This document shows, one piece after another, positions 16,141 to 25,632 of a DNA stretch of 47,602 nucleotides (positions are counted from its first letter, which is position 1; each line of letters opens with the position of its first letter). This DNA is from a virus (taxonomy: Duplodnaviria > Caudoviricetes), in the IMG/VR virus record IMGVR_UViG_3300049846_000940, positions 1 through 47,602 of that record. The stretch is one strand, 5' to 3'. A program made the position numbers and the translations under genes. Below the pieces are notes generated by a model. It was given only the letters and a program-made list of their open reading frames with translations. It ran no database searches and was not told where the DNA came from.

Positions 16141-16877
16141 ACTACGAAGATATAGTCAAAAAAATCAAAGAAATTAGTGGGTATGATCCATCTGAAATGC
16201 CCGGACCCGACGCTCCTCTTAATGCAGCTAAAGGTGCTATGAGAGTACGCGATGCCGTTATTGGCGCTCCTACTAGGGCCGCACTACAAGCGATGCAACG
16301 TGGGGAAGATATGGGAGCTGCTTTTGCTGGTCAGTTTGGAGAAAATCCAGATAAAGCTCCTACAGGACAAGATCTACTTAAGAATGATCCGAATACAGCT
16401 CCATATGCTGATTCTAAGGCTTTGGGGTTGGCGGTTGAGGTTGTGGCTGATCCGACAATTGCCCCTATGGTCAGATTTCCAAAGATTAAGCAAATGACAA
16501 AAATTGCCGAACCTGGTGCCATCACACAAAAAGGAATTCGCGAATTAGCGGAATTTGCTGATATGGCTTCTATGGTACCTAAAACACCAATACAAAAGGT
16601 AATGCAGACACGCCAGTACATGAAAGAACGACCTGGAATGTCGCCTGAGATTGCACTATTACAAACAGATCCTAACGAAGTATTGGCAGCTAGACTAGAA
16701 AAACGTTTAGATAAGTTAACACCTGAGTATTATTATGATACTGAGATGGGCAAATTAGTTCACGATCCTAAACTTCTTAAAGCTGACGAGGCTACAAAAG
16801 AAATTCCCACTGAGGAGTCTATTGAAGCTTATAAGAAGATCTTAGAAATGATGGCAAAGCGTAAAAAGTCAAGTTAA
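16137..16877 (+). CDS. Hypothetical protein, candidate internal head (cargo) protein
   Basis: GTGA-coupled to the portal; C-terminal AYKKILEMM. Confidence 0.65.
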   Translation: MNYEDIVKKIKEISGYDPSEMPGPDAPLNAAKGAMRVRDAVIGAPTRAALQAMQRGEDMGAAFAGQFGENPDKAPTGQDLLKNDPNTAPYADSKALGLAVEVVADPTIAPMVRFPKIKQMTKIAEPGAITQKGIRELAEFADMASMVPKTPIQKVMQTRQYMKERPGMSPEIALLQTDPNEVLAARLEKRLDKLTPEYYYDTEMGKLVHDPKLLKADEATKEIPTEESIEAYKKILEMMAKRKKSS

Positions 16878-16879
16878 TT

Positions 16880-17116
16880 ATGGATTTTTTAGATTCACTA
16901 AAGTCACTATTCTCCCCCCCGGTTGAATTGACGGCTGAAAAACAGAAATCAGTTCAGGAGATTGCAGTAAAACCTCCTTCTGAGTATCCAGTAAAAGATA
17001 CAAGTGATTTACATGCTTTAGTTAACGCACTTAAAACAAGCGCTAAAGAGGCAAAGTATGAACGGTTGAGGAAATTATTAAATGCCAGCACCGGCTCCAA
17101 CACAACTAGACGCTAA
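16880..17116 (+). CDS. Small protein, candidate cargo
   Basis: N-terminal MDFLDSLKSLF; C-terminal KYERLRKLL. Confidence 0.6.
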   Translation: MDFLDSLKSLFSPPVELTAEKQKSVQEIAVKPPSEYPVKDTSDLHALVNALKTSAKEAKYERLRKLLNASTGSNTTRR

Positions 17117-17657
17117 TCAAGTCCTTCGTGGTGCTTACGATGAGGCAGAAGGACGGTTAAGAACCGATTCAAAAATTACCGCCAATATATCGGGTGCCCA
17201 AGAAGTTATCATCTCGCATACGGACGATAGCATTAAAATCGGAGACGGCACTGATTTTTTAGCTGTAAATGCAGATGGTTCGATTAATGTAACTTCAGTA
17301 GCTTCATTACCATCGAACGAAACTAGTTACGTACAATATGGAGAAATTAGTGCAATTCCGTCAGCTTCTGAGACAAACATTCTATCGTATACTGTACCAA
17401 TTGCAACCACATTCTTTTTTTTAAGAGCTTCAGTATCTGGAACTAATTTAGCAACATATAAGGTTAAGGTAAATGGGTTTACACAAGAAACAAAACGAAC
17501 TTGGTGGACAAAATTTAACGAGGATTTTGAATTATCCTTACAAAACAACAAAGGATTAGAATTGTCTGCGGGCGATATTATTACGGTTACCGTACTACAC
17601 AATAGCGCCAGCTTAGGAGATTTTAACTGTACGATTAAAGGTGTGACACTAGTATGA
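17082..17657 (+). CDS. Virion appendage/structural protein
   Basis: QLDANQ N-terminal motif; one copy of the DSIKIGDGTDxLAVNADGSINV module; beta-rich C-terminal domain. Confidence 0.65.
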   Translation: MPAPAPTQLDANQVLRGAYDEAEGRLRTDSKITANISGAQEVIISHTDDSIKIGDGTDFLAVNADGSINVTSVASLPSNETSYVQYGEISAIPSASETNILSYTVPIATTFFFLRASVSGTNLATYKVKVNGFTQETKRTWWTKFNEDFELSLQNNKGLELSAGDIITVTVLHNSASLGDFNCTIKGVTLV

Positions 17658-17827
17658 ATTTAGAGCATAAAAAATTAACTTGTGAGTACCATAGAGTTCT
17701 CGCAGCTCGCATGGAGCTGGAATTAAAGATTATGGAATTTGAGGAACAAATTTCTAGACTAAAGGAACATGTTAAGGCGCAGGAAGCGAAAGAATTAGAA
17801 TTAAAAAATAAACTTAAAGGAGACTAA
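17654..17827 (+). CDS. Small coiled-coil protein (MNLEHKKLTCEY...KLKGD)
   Basis: 57-aa ORF not in the track; ATGA-coupled; heptad pattern. Confidence 0.65.
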   Translation: MNLEHKKLTCEYHRVLAARMELELKIMEFEEQISRLKEHVKAQEAKELELKNKLKGD

Positions 17828-17831
17828 ATAG

Positions 17832-18764
17832 ATGGCAGATTATAATTCCTCACTTCCAGTGAGAACAGAAACAAACGGAGATGTTGCTGTAAAAATTGTA
17901 GACGGAACTTTAACTTCCCAAGCATTGGGAGTTGATTCTAACGGTAAGGTTACTGTTAAACTTAATGACGGATCAGGTAATGCTCTTACTTCGACTGGTG
18001 GAGATTTAGACGTAAACATCACGACAGCTGATGTAGATATTCGTGATTTAACGCACGTATCCGATTCCGTAAAAGTAGGCGATGGAACAGATCTTCTTGC
18101 TGTTAATGCAGATGGATCTATTAACATTACAGATAACGGCGGAAGTTTGACCGTTGATGCGACAGATCTTGATATCCGTGATCTGACACACGTATCCGAT
18201 TCTACCAAGATCGGTGATGGAACTGATTTACTTGCAATTAACGCAGATGGATCAGTTAATATCACAGACAATGGCGGAAGTCTTACCGTTGATGCCACGG
18301 ATCTAGATATTCGTGATCTAACTCATGCTTCAGATTCTGTAAAAATCGGAGACGGGACAGACCTTTTGGCAGTAAATGCTGATGGATCAATTAATGTCGT
18401 TCTTCAGGGAAATCCACAAGGAACCGAGCTTTGTAATTATCAGACATCTGCTGCTGTTGCTGGCGGAGGAACTGCAACTCATGACTACACGGTTACAGCA
18501 TCTACAACTCTTTATCTTGATTCCATCTTTTGTTCCGCTTCTGGTAAAATGAAAGCGGTTGTTCAGGCCGAGACTGCTCCTGCTTCTGCCGTATACAACA
18601 CGAAGTTTGTAGGGTTCAACTCTACAGCAAATCCCAATGTTCATTTTGAACCAAAAGCTAAATTGTCCCAGGTTGCTGGAGCTAAAATTCGCATTCTTCT
18701 AACAAATAACGAGAACCAAGCCCAAGATCTATATTCTACGCTAGTAGGATCAGAGATTGCGTAA
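17832..18764 (+). CDS. Fibre-like structural protein with 45-aa repeats
   Basis: AAGGAG RBS; tandem beta repeats then a compact C-terminal domain. Confidence 0.75.
   Translation: MADYNSSLPVRTETNGDVAVKIVDGTLTSQALGVDSNGKVTVKLNDGSGNALTSTGGDLDVNITTADVDIRDLTHVSDSVKVGDGTDLLAVNADGSINITDNGGSLTVDATDLDIRDLTHVSDSTKIGDGTDLLAINADGSVNITDNGGSLTVDATDLDIRDLTHASDSVKIGDGTDLLAVNADGSINVVLQGNPQGTELCNYQTSAAVAGGGTATHDYTVTASTTLYLDSIFCSASGKMKAVVQAETAPASAVYNTKFVGFNSTANPNVHFEPKAKLSQVAGAKIRILLTNNENQAQDLYSTLVGSEIA
18030..18400 (+). repeat. 135-bp (45-aa) tandem repeat, ~2.7 copies
   Basis: Units start at 18030, 18165 and 18300; differences are mostly synonymous. Confidence 0.9.
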
Positions 18765-18767
18765 TAT

Positions 18768-20591
18768 ATGGCTGATTTAACAGGACTACAAGCATCTGAG
18801 GCAGTGAGGATTTTAGGCTCCGATAATACCGGAGCCGAACAAACTCCCGTTCAATCTACTTCAAATGGTGCATTACATCTTAATCTTCGGAATGAATCTG
18901 GAGTTGAGATTGGTACAAATGCTAATCCTGTTAAACAATCGGGAACCGGTGCTGCTGGTACTCCTGATACAGGCGTGGTTACAGTGCAAGGCATACAGGG
19001 CGCGGTGGCACAGAAGACGGTACCCACCGCACCTTACGCTTCTAATTCTTACCCAAACCCAATTCAAGCTTATCCCGATCCTGAAGCGCAATCTTATGCA
19101 AATGATTATCCTTTAAATGCTGATGCATACGGCAATCTTCAGGTTAGGGGACCGGTGATCACCGATGAGGCAAGCTCAAGGAATGATTTTAGTGGCTCTA
19201 CATTAGAATCCTCGCTTACCGGCTCTGTAAAATTCATGAACAATTCTACAGAAGTTACAGGAATTGGCACTAGTTTTACTACTGAAGTTCGTTCTGGGTG
19301 GTATATTAGGAGAACTGCAGGTACTGATACTGAGTATGTTCAAGTTGATTATGTTCAAGACGATACTACGCTTTATCTTGTGGCTAACTACAGTGGAAAT
19401 TATAATAACGTACCTGCTATTATTTCAGAGTATCAGCCTGTCGTAGTTGGTGCGGCATCTTATACCGTCAATAACTCGTTATTAAACCTAACTCCAGGTA
19501 CTACAAACGGAGCTTCTGTTTCGATTACTAACCAAGGAGACTATCTTCCGTTTAATCTCCAGTTTGCTGCTTCTATTTCTCAGAGAATTGCTAATCAAAC
19601 AGCCTTAGTAGGCTTTAGAGATAGTTTGACATCTCCAACAAAACAAGCTGTTGTTGTGTTTGATGGAACAACAAGTTCAACTGTAAAATTTATCACGGCA
19701 TCTTCGTCTGCTGCTGCGGATACTCAAACATCCACCGTATCGATTCCAACTACGGCGGCATTACCAACTGCATCTTCGGCTAATGAAAACACCTATCAAA
19801 TAGATTTGGTTGGTCAACAGGCGTCTTTAAGCATCAACGGTATTTTGGTTGCAACACACACCCTTCATTTACCGGGGCCTTACGATTCACTTAAAGTTAT
19901 AGCTCACATCAGTAATACTGCAGTCGTAACTGCTACGACATTTGCCATTAACTACCTTTATTTTTCTAATCAAAATCGTCTTAATATTGGTAATGATTTT
20001 CAATCAGACCCAATTTCCTCCGTTCTTTTTGGAAAAACCAGCGCTGGTTCTATTAAAGAGATGCTTGTAGGGACAAGTGGAGAGAATCTTGCAGTTGATT
20101 ACAATACAACTAAAGCTACTTATTCAGCAACTATCGTTGGACTATCGACCGCTAATAATGCAACAGATATATTTACTCTAACAGGTAGCGCTAGTAAAAC
20201 TATTAAAGTGAAAAATATAGCGATTTCCGGTACTAGAACATCTGCTACAGCTACAGATATACTACTCGTGAAGCGTTCTACAGCAAATACTGGTGGAACT
20301 TCTACTACACCGGCACCAGTACCGCTAGATTCCTCTAGTACAGCAGCGACGGCTGTCGTAAGAGCATATACCACAAACCCAACACTTGGGACTGCTGTCG
20401 GGACAGTTAAAGCCGTCAAATTATTCATGCCCACTACCTCCGGCTCTCCCGTGCTTTTGGATTGGAGGAGTGGTGATTTTGCGCAACCAGTGACTTTGAG
20501 AGGAACGGCAGAAGTACTTTCTGTCAATTTAAATGCCACTACTGTAGGCGGTGCAAGTTTTAACATCTTTATTGAGTGGATTGAGGAATAA
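18768..20591 (+). CDS. Large fibre/appendage protein
   Basis: 607 aa, Thr/Ser/Ala-rich; VTGIGTSFTT motif typical of phage fibres. Confidence 0.7.
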   Translation: MADLTGLQASEAVRILGSDNTGAEQTPVQSTSNGALHLNLRNESGVEIGTNANPVKQSGTGAAGTPDTGVVTVQGIQGAVAQKTVPTAPYASNSYPNPIQAYPDPEAQSYANDYPLNADAYGNLQVRGPVITDEASSRNDFSGSTLESSLTGSVKFMNNSTEVTGIGTSFTTEVRSGWYIRRTAGTDTEYVQVDYVQDDTTLYLVANYSGNYNNVPAIISEYQPVVVGAASYTVNNSLLNLTPGTTNGASVSITNQGDYLPFNLQFAASISQRIANQTALVGFRDSLTSPTKQAVVVFDGTTSSTVKFITASSSAAADTQTSTVSIPTTAALPTASSANENTYQIDLVGQQASLSINGILVATHTLHLPGPYDSLKVIAHISNTAVVTATTFAINYLYFSNQNRLNIGNDFQSDPISSVLFGKTSAGSIKEMLVGTSGENLAVDYNTTKATYSATIVGLSTANNATDIFTLTGSASKTIKVKNIAISGTRTSATATDILLVKRSTANTGGTSTTPAPVPLDSSSTAATAVVRAYTTNPTLGTAVGTVKAVKLFMPTTSGSPVLLDWRSGDFAQPVTLRGTAEVLSVNLNATTVGGASFNIFIEWIEE

Positions 20592-20592
20592 T

Positions 20593-21261
20593 ATGTCTTA
20601 TATGGGTGTAAATTGGGAGACTTTGAAAGATTTTGCAGATTCTAGGAATATTTCGATTCAATGGATTGATTTAACCGATCGATATATTTGTGTTGGGTTA
20701 GACGGAGTTTTTGGTTTAGAGTGTGTTGTTTTAAAAACCGATCCTGTAAATAGTGCGCAGCAAGATTTTGAAGACAACTATAAATCTTCCGGTAATAACT
20801 CCCCATTAACTAAGGTTGAAACTCAACGGGAATTTAAGAATCTGAGATTGCAAAGTATTACGCTATCTGGCACCGCAGACGGTAGCGGTGTGTGTGTGGT
20901 TCAAACTCAAGTACCAAATACCGGTATACATCCTGGTCGCTATATTGATTGGGGTGAGGCTTGGATTACAGGTACATCTCATGATGATGATAAGATAACA
21001 GAGATTGCTATAGTTGATGTGGATAATATTCTAGGATACGGTGCTAATACAATTATTAAAAAATACACAGATGACGATTCATCTGACGCGGGATGGACTT
21101 TTCCAGCTAAACCTGCAATAGCGGAAGTAGAGCCTTTGGGTTGGTATGGTTATATTCCCGGAGGACTGTATCTTCGTATTACCGCTCAATGCGGAGGGGC
21201 TATATTTACCGGTAGAAAATTGAAAGTTAACGTTGGGTGGGGTATCAAAGATGCAGTCTAA
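20593..21261 (+). CDS. Structural/appendage protein
   Basis: ATG at 20593 with GAGGA RBS; DFEDNYKS and IVDVDNILGYG segments. Confidence 0.65.
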   Translation: MSYMGVNWETLKDFADSRNISIQWIDLTDRYICVGLDGVFGLECVVLKTDPVNSAQQDFEDNYKSSGNNSPLTKVETQREFKNLRLQSITLSGTADGSGVCVVQTQVPNTGIHPGRYIDWGEAWITGTSHDDDKITEIAIVDVDNILGYGANTIIKKYTDDDSSDAGWTFPAKPAIAEVEPLGWYGYIPGGLYLRITAQCGGAIFTGRKLKVNVGWGIKDAV

Positions 21262-21808
21262 TATTAGACCTGGAGATGTGTTTCTAGTTCGTTCTCGCGG
21301 TTATTGGTATAGTGATGCCATTGCTTGGTTTATGGGTCCAGATAAAAATGGAGATAAGTGGTCGCATACAGGAATTGTTAGAGATCGTGCTGACGATGTG
21401 GGTTTATTAACTTTAGAAACATCTGATTTTGAAGTGACATATGGATCTTTAGAGAAGTATATTAATAATCCCGATAAGTATCACTTGAAAGTTATGCGTC
21501 CAAAAGAATTTACTGGAGACATTAAGAAAGCTCTAGATGACACTGATGATTTACTGTATGGCAATATGTATGGCTATTTACAGTTACTAAGTTTTGCCGT
21601 TAAACGTCTATTAAAAAGATGCGGTATTAAAATCCATAATTTTATCCGTCAAGGACAAGTTTGCACTGCAGTAGCTCTGCTATATCTTAGCAAGTGTGGT
21701 CCAGAATATTTTCATAAATTAGACGTGGAAGAACACGATACAACGGATTTTGCTAACATGGCTATTGATTTAGAATTTGAAGTGGTGTTTGAATCTGGCA
21801 GAAAATAG
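21251..21808 (+). CDS. Permuted papain-like NlpC/P60 (YaeF/YiiX-type) enzyme
   Basis: RPGDVFL, WSHTGI (His), YGYL and QVCTAV (Cys after His). Confidence 0.8.
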   Translation: MQSNIRPGDVFLVRSRGYWYSDAIAWFMGPDKNGDKWSHTGIVRDRADDVGLLTLETSDFEVTYGSLEKYINNPDKYHLKVMRPKEFTGDIKKALDDTDDLLYGNMYGYLQLLSFAVKRLLKRCGIKIHNFIRQGQVCTAVALLYLSKCGPEYFHKLDVEEHDTTDFANMAIDLEFEVVFESGRK

Positions 21809-21809
21809 T

Positions 21810-21965
21810 ATGGCGTATATTTATTATCGCAAAATCGGAAAACCTTCCGTAAAAAAGAATTGGGTTCCTAAAAATAGGAAGTATAAGTGGTTATTTTTTG
21901 TAAGTTTTGCGCTTAACTTAGGATTAGTTGTGTTGTGTTTTTATAAAGGAGCTTTTCATGTTTGA
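21810..21965 (+). CDS. Small basic single-pass membrane protein
   Basis: ATG at 21810; Lys-rich then a hydrophobic helix. Confidence 0.5.
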   Translation: MAYIYYRKIGKPSVKKNWVPKNRKYKWLFFVSFALNLGLVVLCFYKGAFHV

Positions 21966-22701
21966 GTTTTTAAAGAACCTTATTGGTAAAGGTCAGAAGT
22001 CTGAGCCACCTAAAACTTTGTCTGACTCTGCTATGCGTGAAATAAACGACCCTACCTCTCTTGTAGGAAGATTATTATCTACTGCACCAGAGAAAGTCAT
22101 CGAAGCAAATTCCTCATTTGAACCGTCTAGGGAGCCATCAAATAGATTACTGTGGGATAGCAATAGTCGTAAATGGGTTAGAGGGGCTTTACCTAAAGAT
22201 ACGATTGGAGAATTGAGTAGTTTTGGAGAACATAAAGATCGTTCAATTTCCGCAGAAGATGCCTGGAAAGAAGGAGATATGCTCAGTGGAGCCTCTTTAA
22301 AACGGTCGGCATTTAATGCTGGCTATCTACCTCCTAACTCCGACATTTTCGATGATTATTCTGGTTTATCCAAATATTTTAAAAAGGAAATGAATATCGA
22401 TCCAAATCAAATGATTGTTGACAGGAGTACTCCTGCATATAATCCACAAGAAAATCTAGTCACTATACCTATTAATATTTTTGATCGGTATATTTCTAAC
22501 GAAACTTCCCGTCAAGATTTTCAAAATGACCTAGCCAACTCTCTTGCTCACGAGATGAAGCACGCAGAAGATGGATCTGAGTTGGATAGATATGCCGGTT
22601 CTCATTTTAACAAAGAACCAAAAGGCTACTCGGATGCCGTTTCTGGAAGAAACCACATTAATCGATATGCAGCACTAAAACGACTCATGGAGTTGAAATA
22701 A
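21958..22701 (+). CDS. Zincin-like (HEXXH) protein, candidate cargo
   Basis: AAGGAG RBS; AYNP...VTI strand then SLAHEMKH; C-terminal RYAALKRLM. Confidence 0.7.
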   Translation: MFEFLKNLIGKGQKSEPPKTLSDSAMREINDPTSLVGRLLSTAPEKVIEANSSFEPSREPSNRLLWDSNSRKWVRGALPKDTIGELSSFGEHKDRSISAEDAWKEGDMLSGASLKRSAFNAGYLPPNSDIFDDYSGLSKYFKKEMNIDPNQMIVDRSTPAYNPQENLVTIPINIFDRYISNETSRQDFQNDLANSLAHEMKHAEDGSELDRYAGSHFNKEPKGYSDAVSGRNHINRYAALKRLMELK

Positions 22702-23189
22702 TGGACTTTAAAAAACTGTCGGAAAAATTAAAAGAAGCAAAAGATTCTGCTGAACGTGGATATACAGATACGGACTTAGATAAATTTGTCAAGGATATGT
22801 CCATGTTGGAATCTAGTGGAGGCATTGACACAGATCACAAAACTATACAGCAAGGCATCCATGCTGGTGATGCGGCAGTGGGATCTTATGGTCTAATGCC
22901 AAATACTGTTGATGATATTATTACTCGATATCAGACGCTTCCTGAAGAGTTTAAAGGACTTACAACAGGACAACTAAAAGAACAACTCACTCCTCAACAA
23001 GAATTAGCTCTTGCAGAGCAGCTGGGACACCATATCCTCGCAAGACAAAAAGGTGATAAGGCTCGTGCCGCTTATGCATGGCAATATGGGCATAATCTCA
23101 CTCCAGAAAGAATTCCTGCTACAACTCTAGATCAGAATGAACGTGTGCGTAGATATCGGAATTTACAGAAATTATTAGGTTCAAAGTAA
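22701..23189 (+). CDS. Lytic transglycosylase (lysozyme-fold) protein, candidate cargo
   Basis: LESSGG (catalytic Glu), AVGSYGLMP and AAYAWQYG; C-terminal RYRNLQKLL. Confidence 0.8.
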   Translation: MDFKKLSEKLKEAKDSAERGYTDTDLDKFVKDMSMLESSGGIDTDHKTIQQGIHAGDAAVGSYGLMPNTVDDIITRYQTLPEEFKGLTTGQLKEQLTPQQELALAEQLGHHILARQKGDKARAAYAWQYGHNLTPERIPATTLDQNERVRRYRNLQKLLGSK

Positions 23190-23197
23190 CAAGTATT
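23187..23197 (+). promoter_or_regulatory. Putative late promoter TAACAAGTATT
   Basis: Upstream of the scaffold gene. Confidence 0.65.
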
Positions 23198-23264
23198 ATT
23201 GATCTATCTACCGGTCAGTTTGATTCGATGATAGACATTCACTTAACCAAAAAGGAAAGTATAT

Positions 23265-24200
23265 ATGTCAGAACCAGTAACCGCTCCCGTGGCTGAGCCA
23301 GTAGCCGCACCAAGTCCAGAAGTCCCAGCAACCGAAGTTGCCCCAGAAACTCCCGCAGCAGAAGCCAAAAAAGATCCTGCTGCCGAAGCTAAGAAGTCAA
23401 ATAAAAAGAAAATTCCAATTAAAGTAGATAGTCAGGTCGAAGAAGTTGAGATCGACCTAGACAACGAAGAAGAACTCAGAAAGCAACTGCAACTAGCTCG
23501 CGTAGCTCAGAAGCGTATGCAACAGTTCTCTGAATACGAAAAGGGAGTTAAAGGTCTTCTTGAAACTCTTAAGACAGATCCTCTTAAGGTGCTTGCAGAC
23601 CCTCGTCTTGGGATTCCAATTGATGTTCAGCGTAAAATGGCTGATGCAATTATCAATAATGAAATCGAAGAGATGTCTAAGAGTCCTGAACAAAAGGAAG
23701 CTGAGAAGCGTCAAAAAGAGTATGAACAACTTAAGAAGGAACTAGAGGATACTAAGAAGAAACAAGAACAAGAAAGATTCCAGATGATGCAGGCTCAGGC
23801 TGCTAAGGAATTCGATGTGGAAATTTCTTCTGCTATTGAAAAAGCCGGTCTACCAAAGAATGCTCGTACTGTCAAATATTTGGCCGATGCTATGCTTCTT
23901 TGCTACGATAATAAAATCGATATGACCTTTGAAGAGTTGGTTCCTTATGTACGTAAGGAAATCATGGGAGACTTCCGAGATCTAATCGGTGCCCTTCCTG
24001 ATGAAGAGTTTGAGGATTGGCTTGGTAAAGACCAAGTTGGTCGTCTTCGTAAACGTAGTCTTGCTAAGCTAAAATCCGCTGCAACAGCTGCACCTGTAGC
24101 CGAACAGGTTAAGCCTACTGGCGATGCTGAACGTAAGCAAGTTGAGGATAAATCCGCTAAGTCTAAGATTCCATTAAGAGATTTTTTAAAGGGACTATAA
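23265..24200 (+). CDS. Capsid scaffolding protein
   Basis: Pro/Ala/Glu N-terminus, IKVD..VEEV motif, long coiled coil; directly before the capsid gene. Confidence 0.8.
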   Translation: MSEPVTAPVAEPVAAPSPEVPATEVAPETPAAEAKKDPAAEAKKSNKKKIPIKVDSQVEEVEIDLDNEEELRKQLQLARVAQKRMQQFSEYEKGVKGLLETLKTDPLKVLADPRLGIPIDVQRKMADAIINNEIEEMSKSPEQKEAEKRQKEYEQLKKELEDTKKKQEQERFQMMQAQAAKEFDVEISSAIEKAGLPKNARTVKYLADAMLLCYDNKIDMTFEELVPYVRKEIMGDFRDLIGALPDEEFEDWLGKDQVGRLRKRSLAKLKSAATAAPVAEQVKPTGDAERKQVEDKSAKSKIPLRDFLKGL

Positions 24201-24203
24201 AGT

Positions 24204-24214
24204 TAACAAGTATT
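24204..24214 (+). promoter_or_regulatory. Putative late promoter TAACAAGTATT
   Basis: Upstream of the capsid gene. Confidence 0.65.
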
Positions 24215-24353
24215 AGTGATTTAGGATCAAGAGTTTACTAGGACTTTGCCCAACCGTGAGGCGGCAAATATCGGCATAGTTAACACGAGATTCATAGCAA
24301 AGTGGTTCGTATGGACCGCTAAATAATGAAAATAAATAAGGAAAATTGAAAAA

Positions 24354-25571
24354 ATGGCTCAGAATAACAATCTGACGACACTCAATGGCCTTTTCAAAGA
24401 GCGTTATGCCGACAAACTCCGTGATATTATCCCGGATGGCGTTAAGCTCCTAAAGGAAATTGATTTCGTCTCTAAGGACAAACAGAACGGATCGCTCTAT
24501 CACCAGCCCGTGGTACTCGGTCTTGAACACGGCGTTACCTTCGCAACTGGCGGAGACGCTTTCACACTCGAAAACGCTATCGCTGGCACAATCAAGGATG
24601 CTCAGGTACAGGGAACCCAGATGGTTCTTCGTTCCGTGCTCTCCTATACTGCCGCCGCTCGCGCTATGGGTGGAGAACCCCGTGCATTCGAAGATGCAAC
24701 TAAGTTCCTCGTAGCGAACATGCTTCGCTCCGTGGCTAAGAAGCTCGAAATCGAACTGCTCTACGGACAGGTCGGTTACGGCGTTGTAGCTTCTACCTCT
24801 GGTACCGTTGTCACAGTTTCTACCGCTGAATGGGCGGCTGGAATCTGGGCAGGTGCTGAAGGAATGCGTATCGAAATCCGTGACACAACTGGCGCTACTT
24901 CTCGTGGTTCCGCTTATGTCACTGCCGTCGATATGACTGCTCGTACTGTCACTCTCGATGTACTCCCTGCGGGTACTGTCGCTACTGACGTGATCTGGCA
25001 CTATGGCGCGTATGGTAATGAGTTTGCTGGTCTTCATAAGATCCTCACAAACACTGGCACTCTCTTTAACATCAGCGCTTCGTCCTACACTCTCTGGAAG
25101 GGTGTGGAACATAGCTGCGGATCTGCTGCTTTCAGCTTGACCAAGCTTCTTGCTGGTATTGCTAAGGCCGTAGAAAAGGGTCTTGACTCCGACATGGTTG
25201 TACATGTCAATCCCAAGACCTGGGCTAACCTGCTCAACGATCAGGCTGCTCTCCGTAAGTATGACTCTAGCTACAACTCTCGCGTTGCTGAAAACGGCGC
25301 TTCTTCGATCAAGTTCCATTCCCAGAATGGTCAGGTCGAGATTCAGCCTAACATCTTCGTGAAAGAAGGCTACGCATACGGTCTGTGCATGGACGATCTG
25401 GTACGTGTTGGTTCTACCGACATTACCTTCAAGCGTCCTGGACAGGGTGATGAGTTCTTCCGCGATCTAGAAAGCGCCGCTGGCTATGAGCTACGCGCCT
25501 TCACCGATCAGGCTCTCTTCTGCTCTGCTCCTGGAAAGATGATTCTTTTCAAAGACATCGTAAATACCTAA
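24354..25571 (+). CDS. Major capsid protein
   Basis: 405 aa; strong high-expression codon bias; LNGLFKERY N-arm; follows the scaffold and precedes a terminator. Confidence 0.9.
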   Translation: MAQNNNLTTLNGLFKERYADKLRDIIPDGVKLLKEIDFVSKDKQNGSLYHQPVVLGLEHGVTFATGGDAFTLENAIAGTIKDAQVQGTQMVLRSVLSYTAAARAMGGEPRAFEDATKFLVANMLRSVAKKLEIELLYGQVGYGVVASTSGTVVTVSTAEWAAGIWAGAEGMRIEIRDTTGATSRGSAYVTAVDMTARTVTLDVLPAGTVATDVIWHYGAYGNEFAGLHKILTNTGTLFNISASSYTLWKGVEHSCGSAAFSLTKLLAGIAKAVEKGLDSDMVVHVNPKTWANLLNDQAALRKYDSSYNSRVAENGASSIKFHSQNGQVEIQPNIFVKEGYAYGLCMDDLVRVGSTDITFKRPGQGDEFFRDLESAAGYELRAFTDQALFCSAPGKMILFKDIVNT

Positions 25572-25593
25572 TTAGATTAACTAGTTAGAAAGG

Positions 25594-25627
25594 AACCCCG
25601 GCAGGGAATTTCTCTGTCGGGGTTTTT
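25594..25627 (+). terminator. Rho-independent terminator
   Basis: aaccccggcaggga-att-tctctgtcggggtt followed by a T run. Confidence 0.85.
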
Positions 25628-25632
25628 ACTAT

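Noticed and set aside
24450-25319. 289-aa antisense ORF opposite the capsid gene
   Set aside because: In codon register with the capsid gene; explained by avoidance of TTA/CTA/TCA codons in a highly expressed gene; no RBS or protein motifs.
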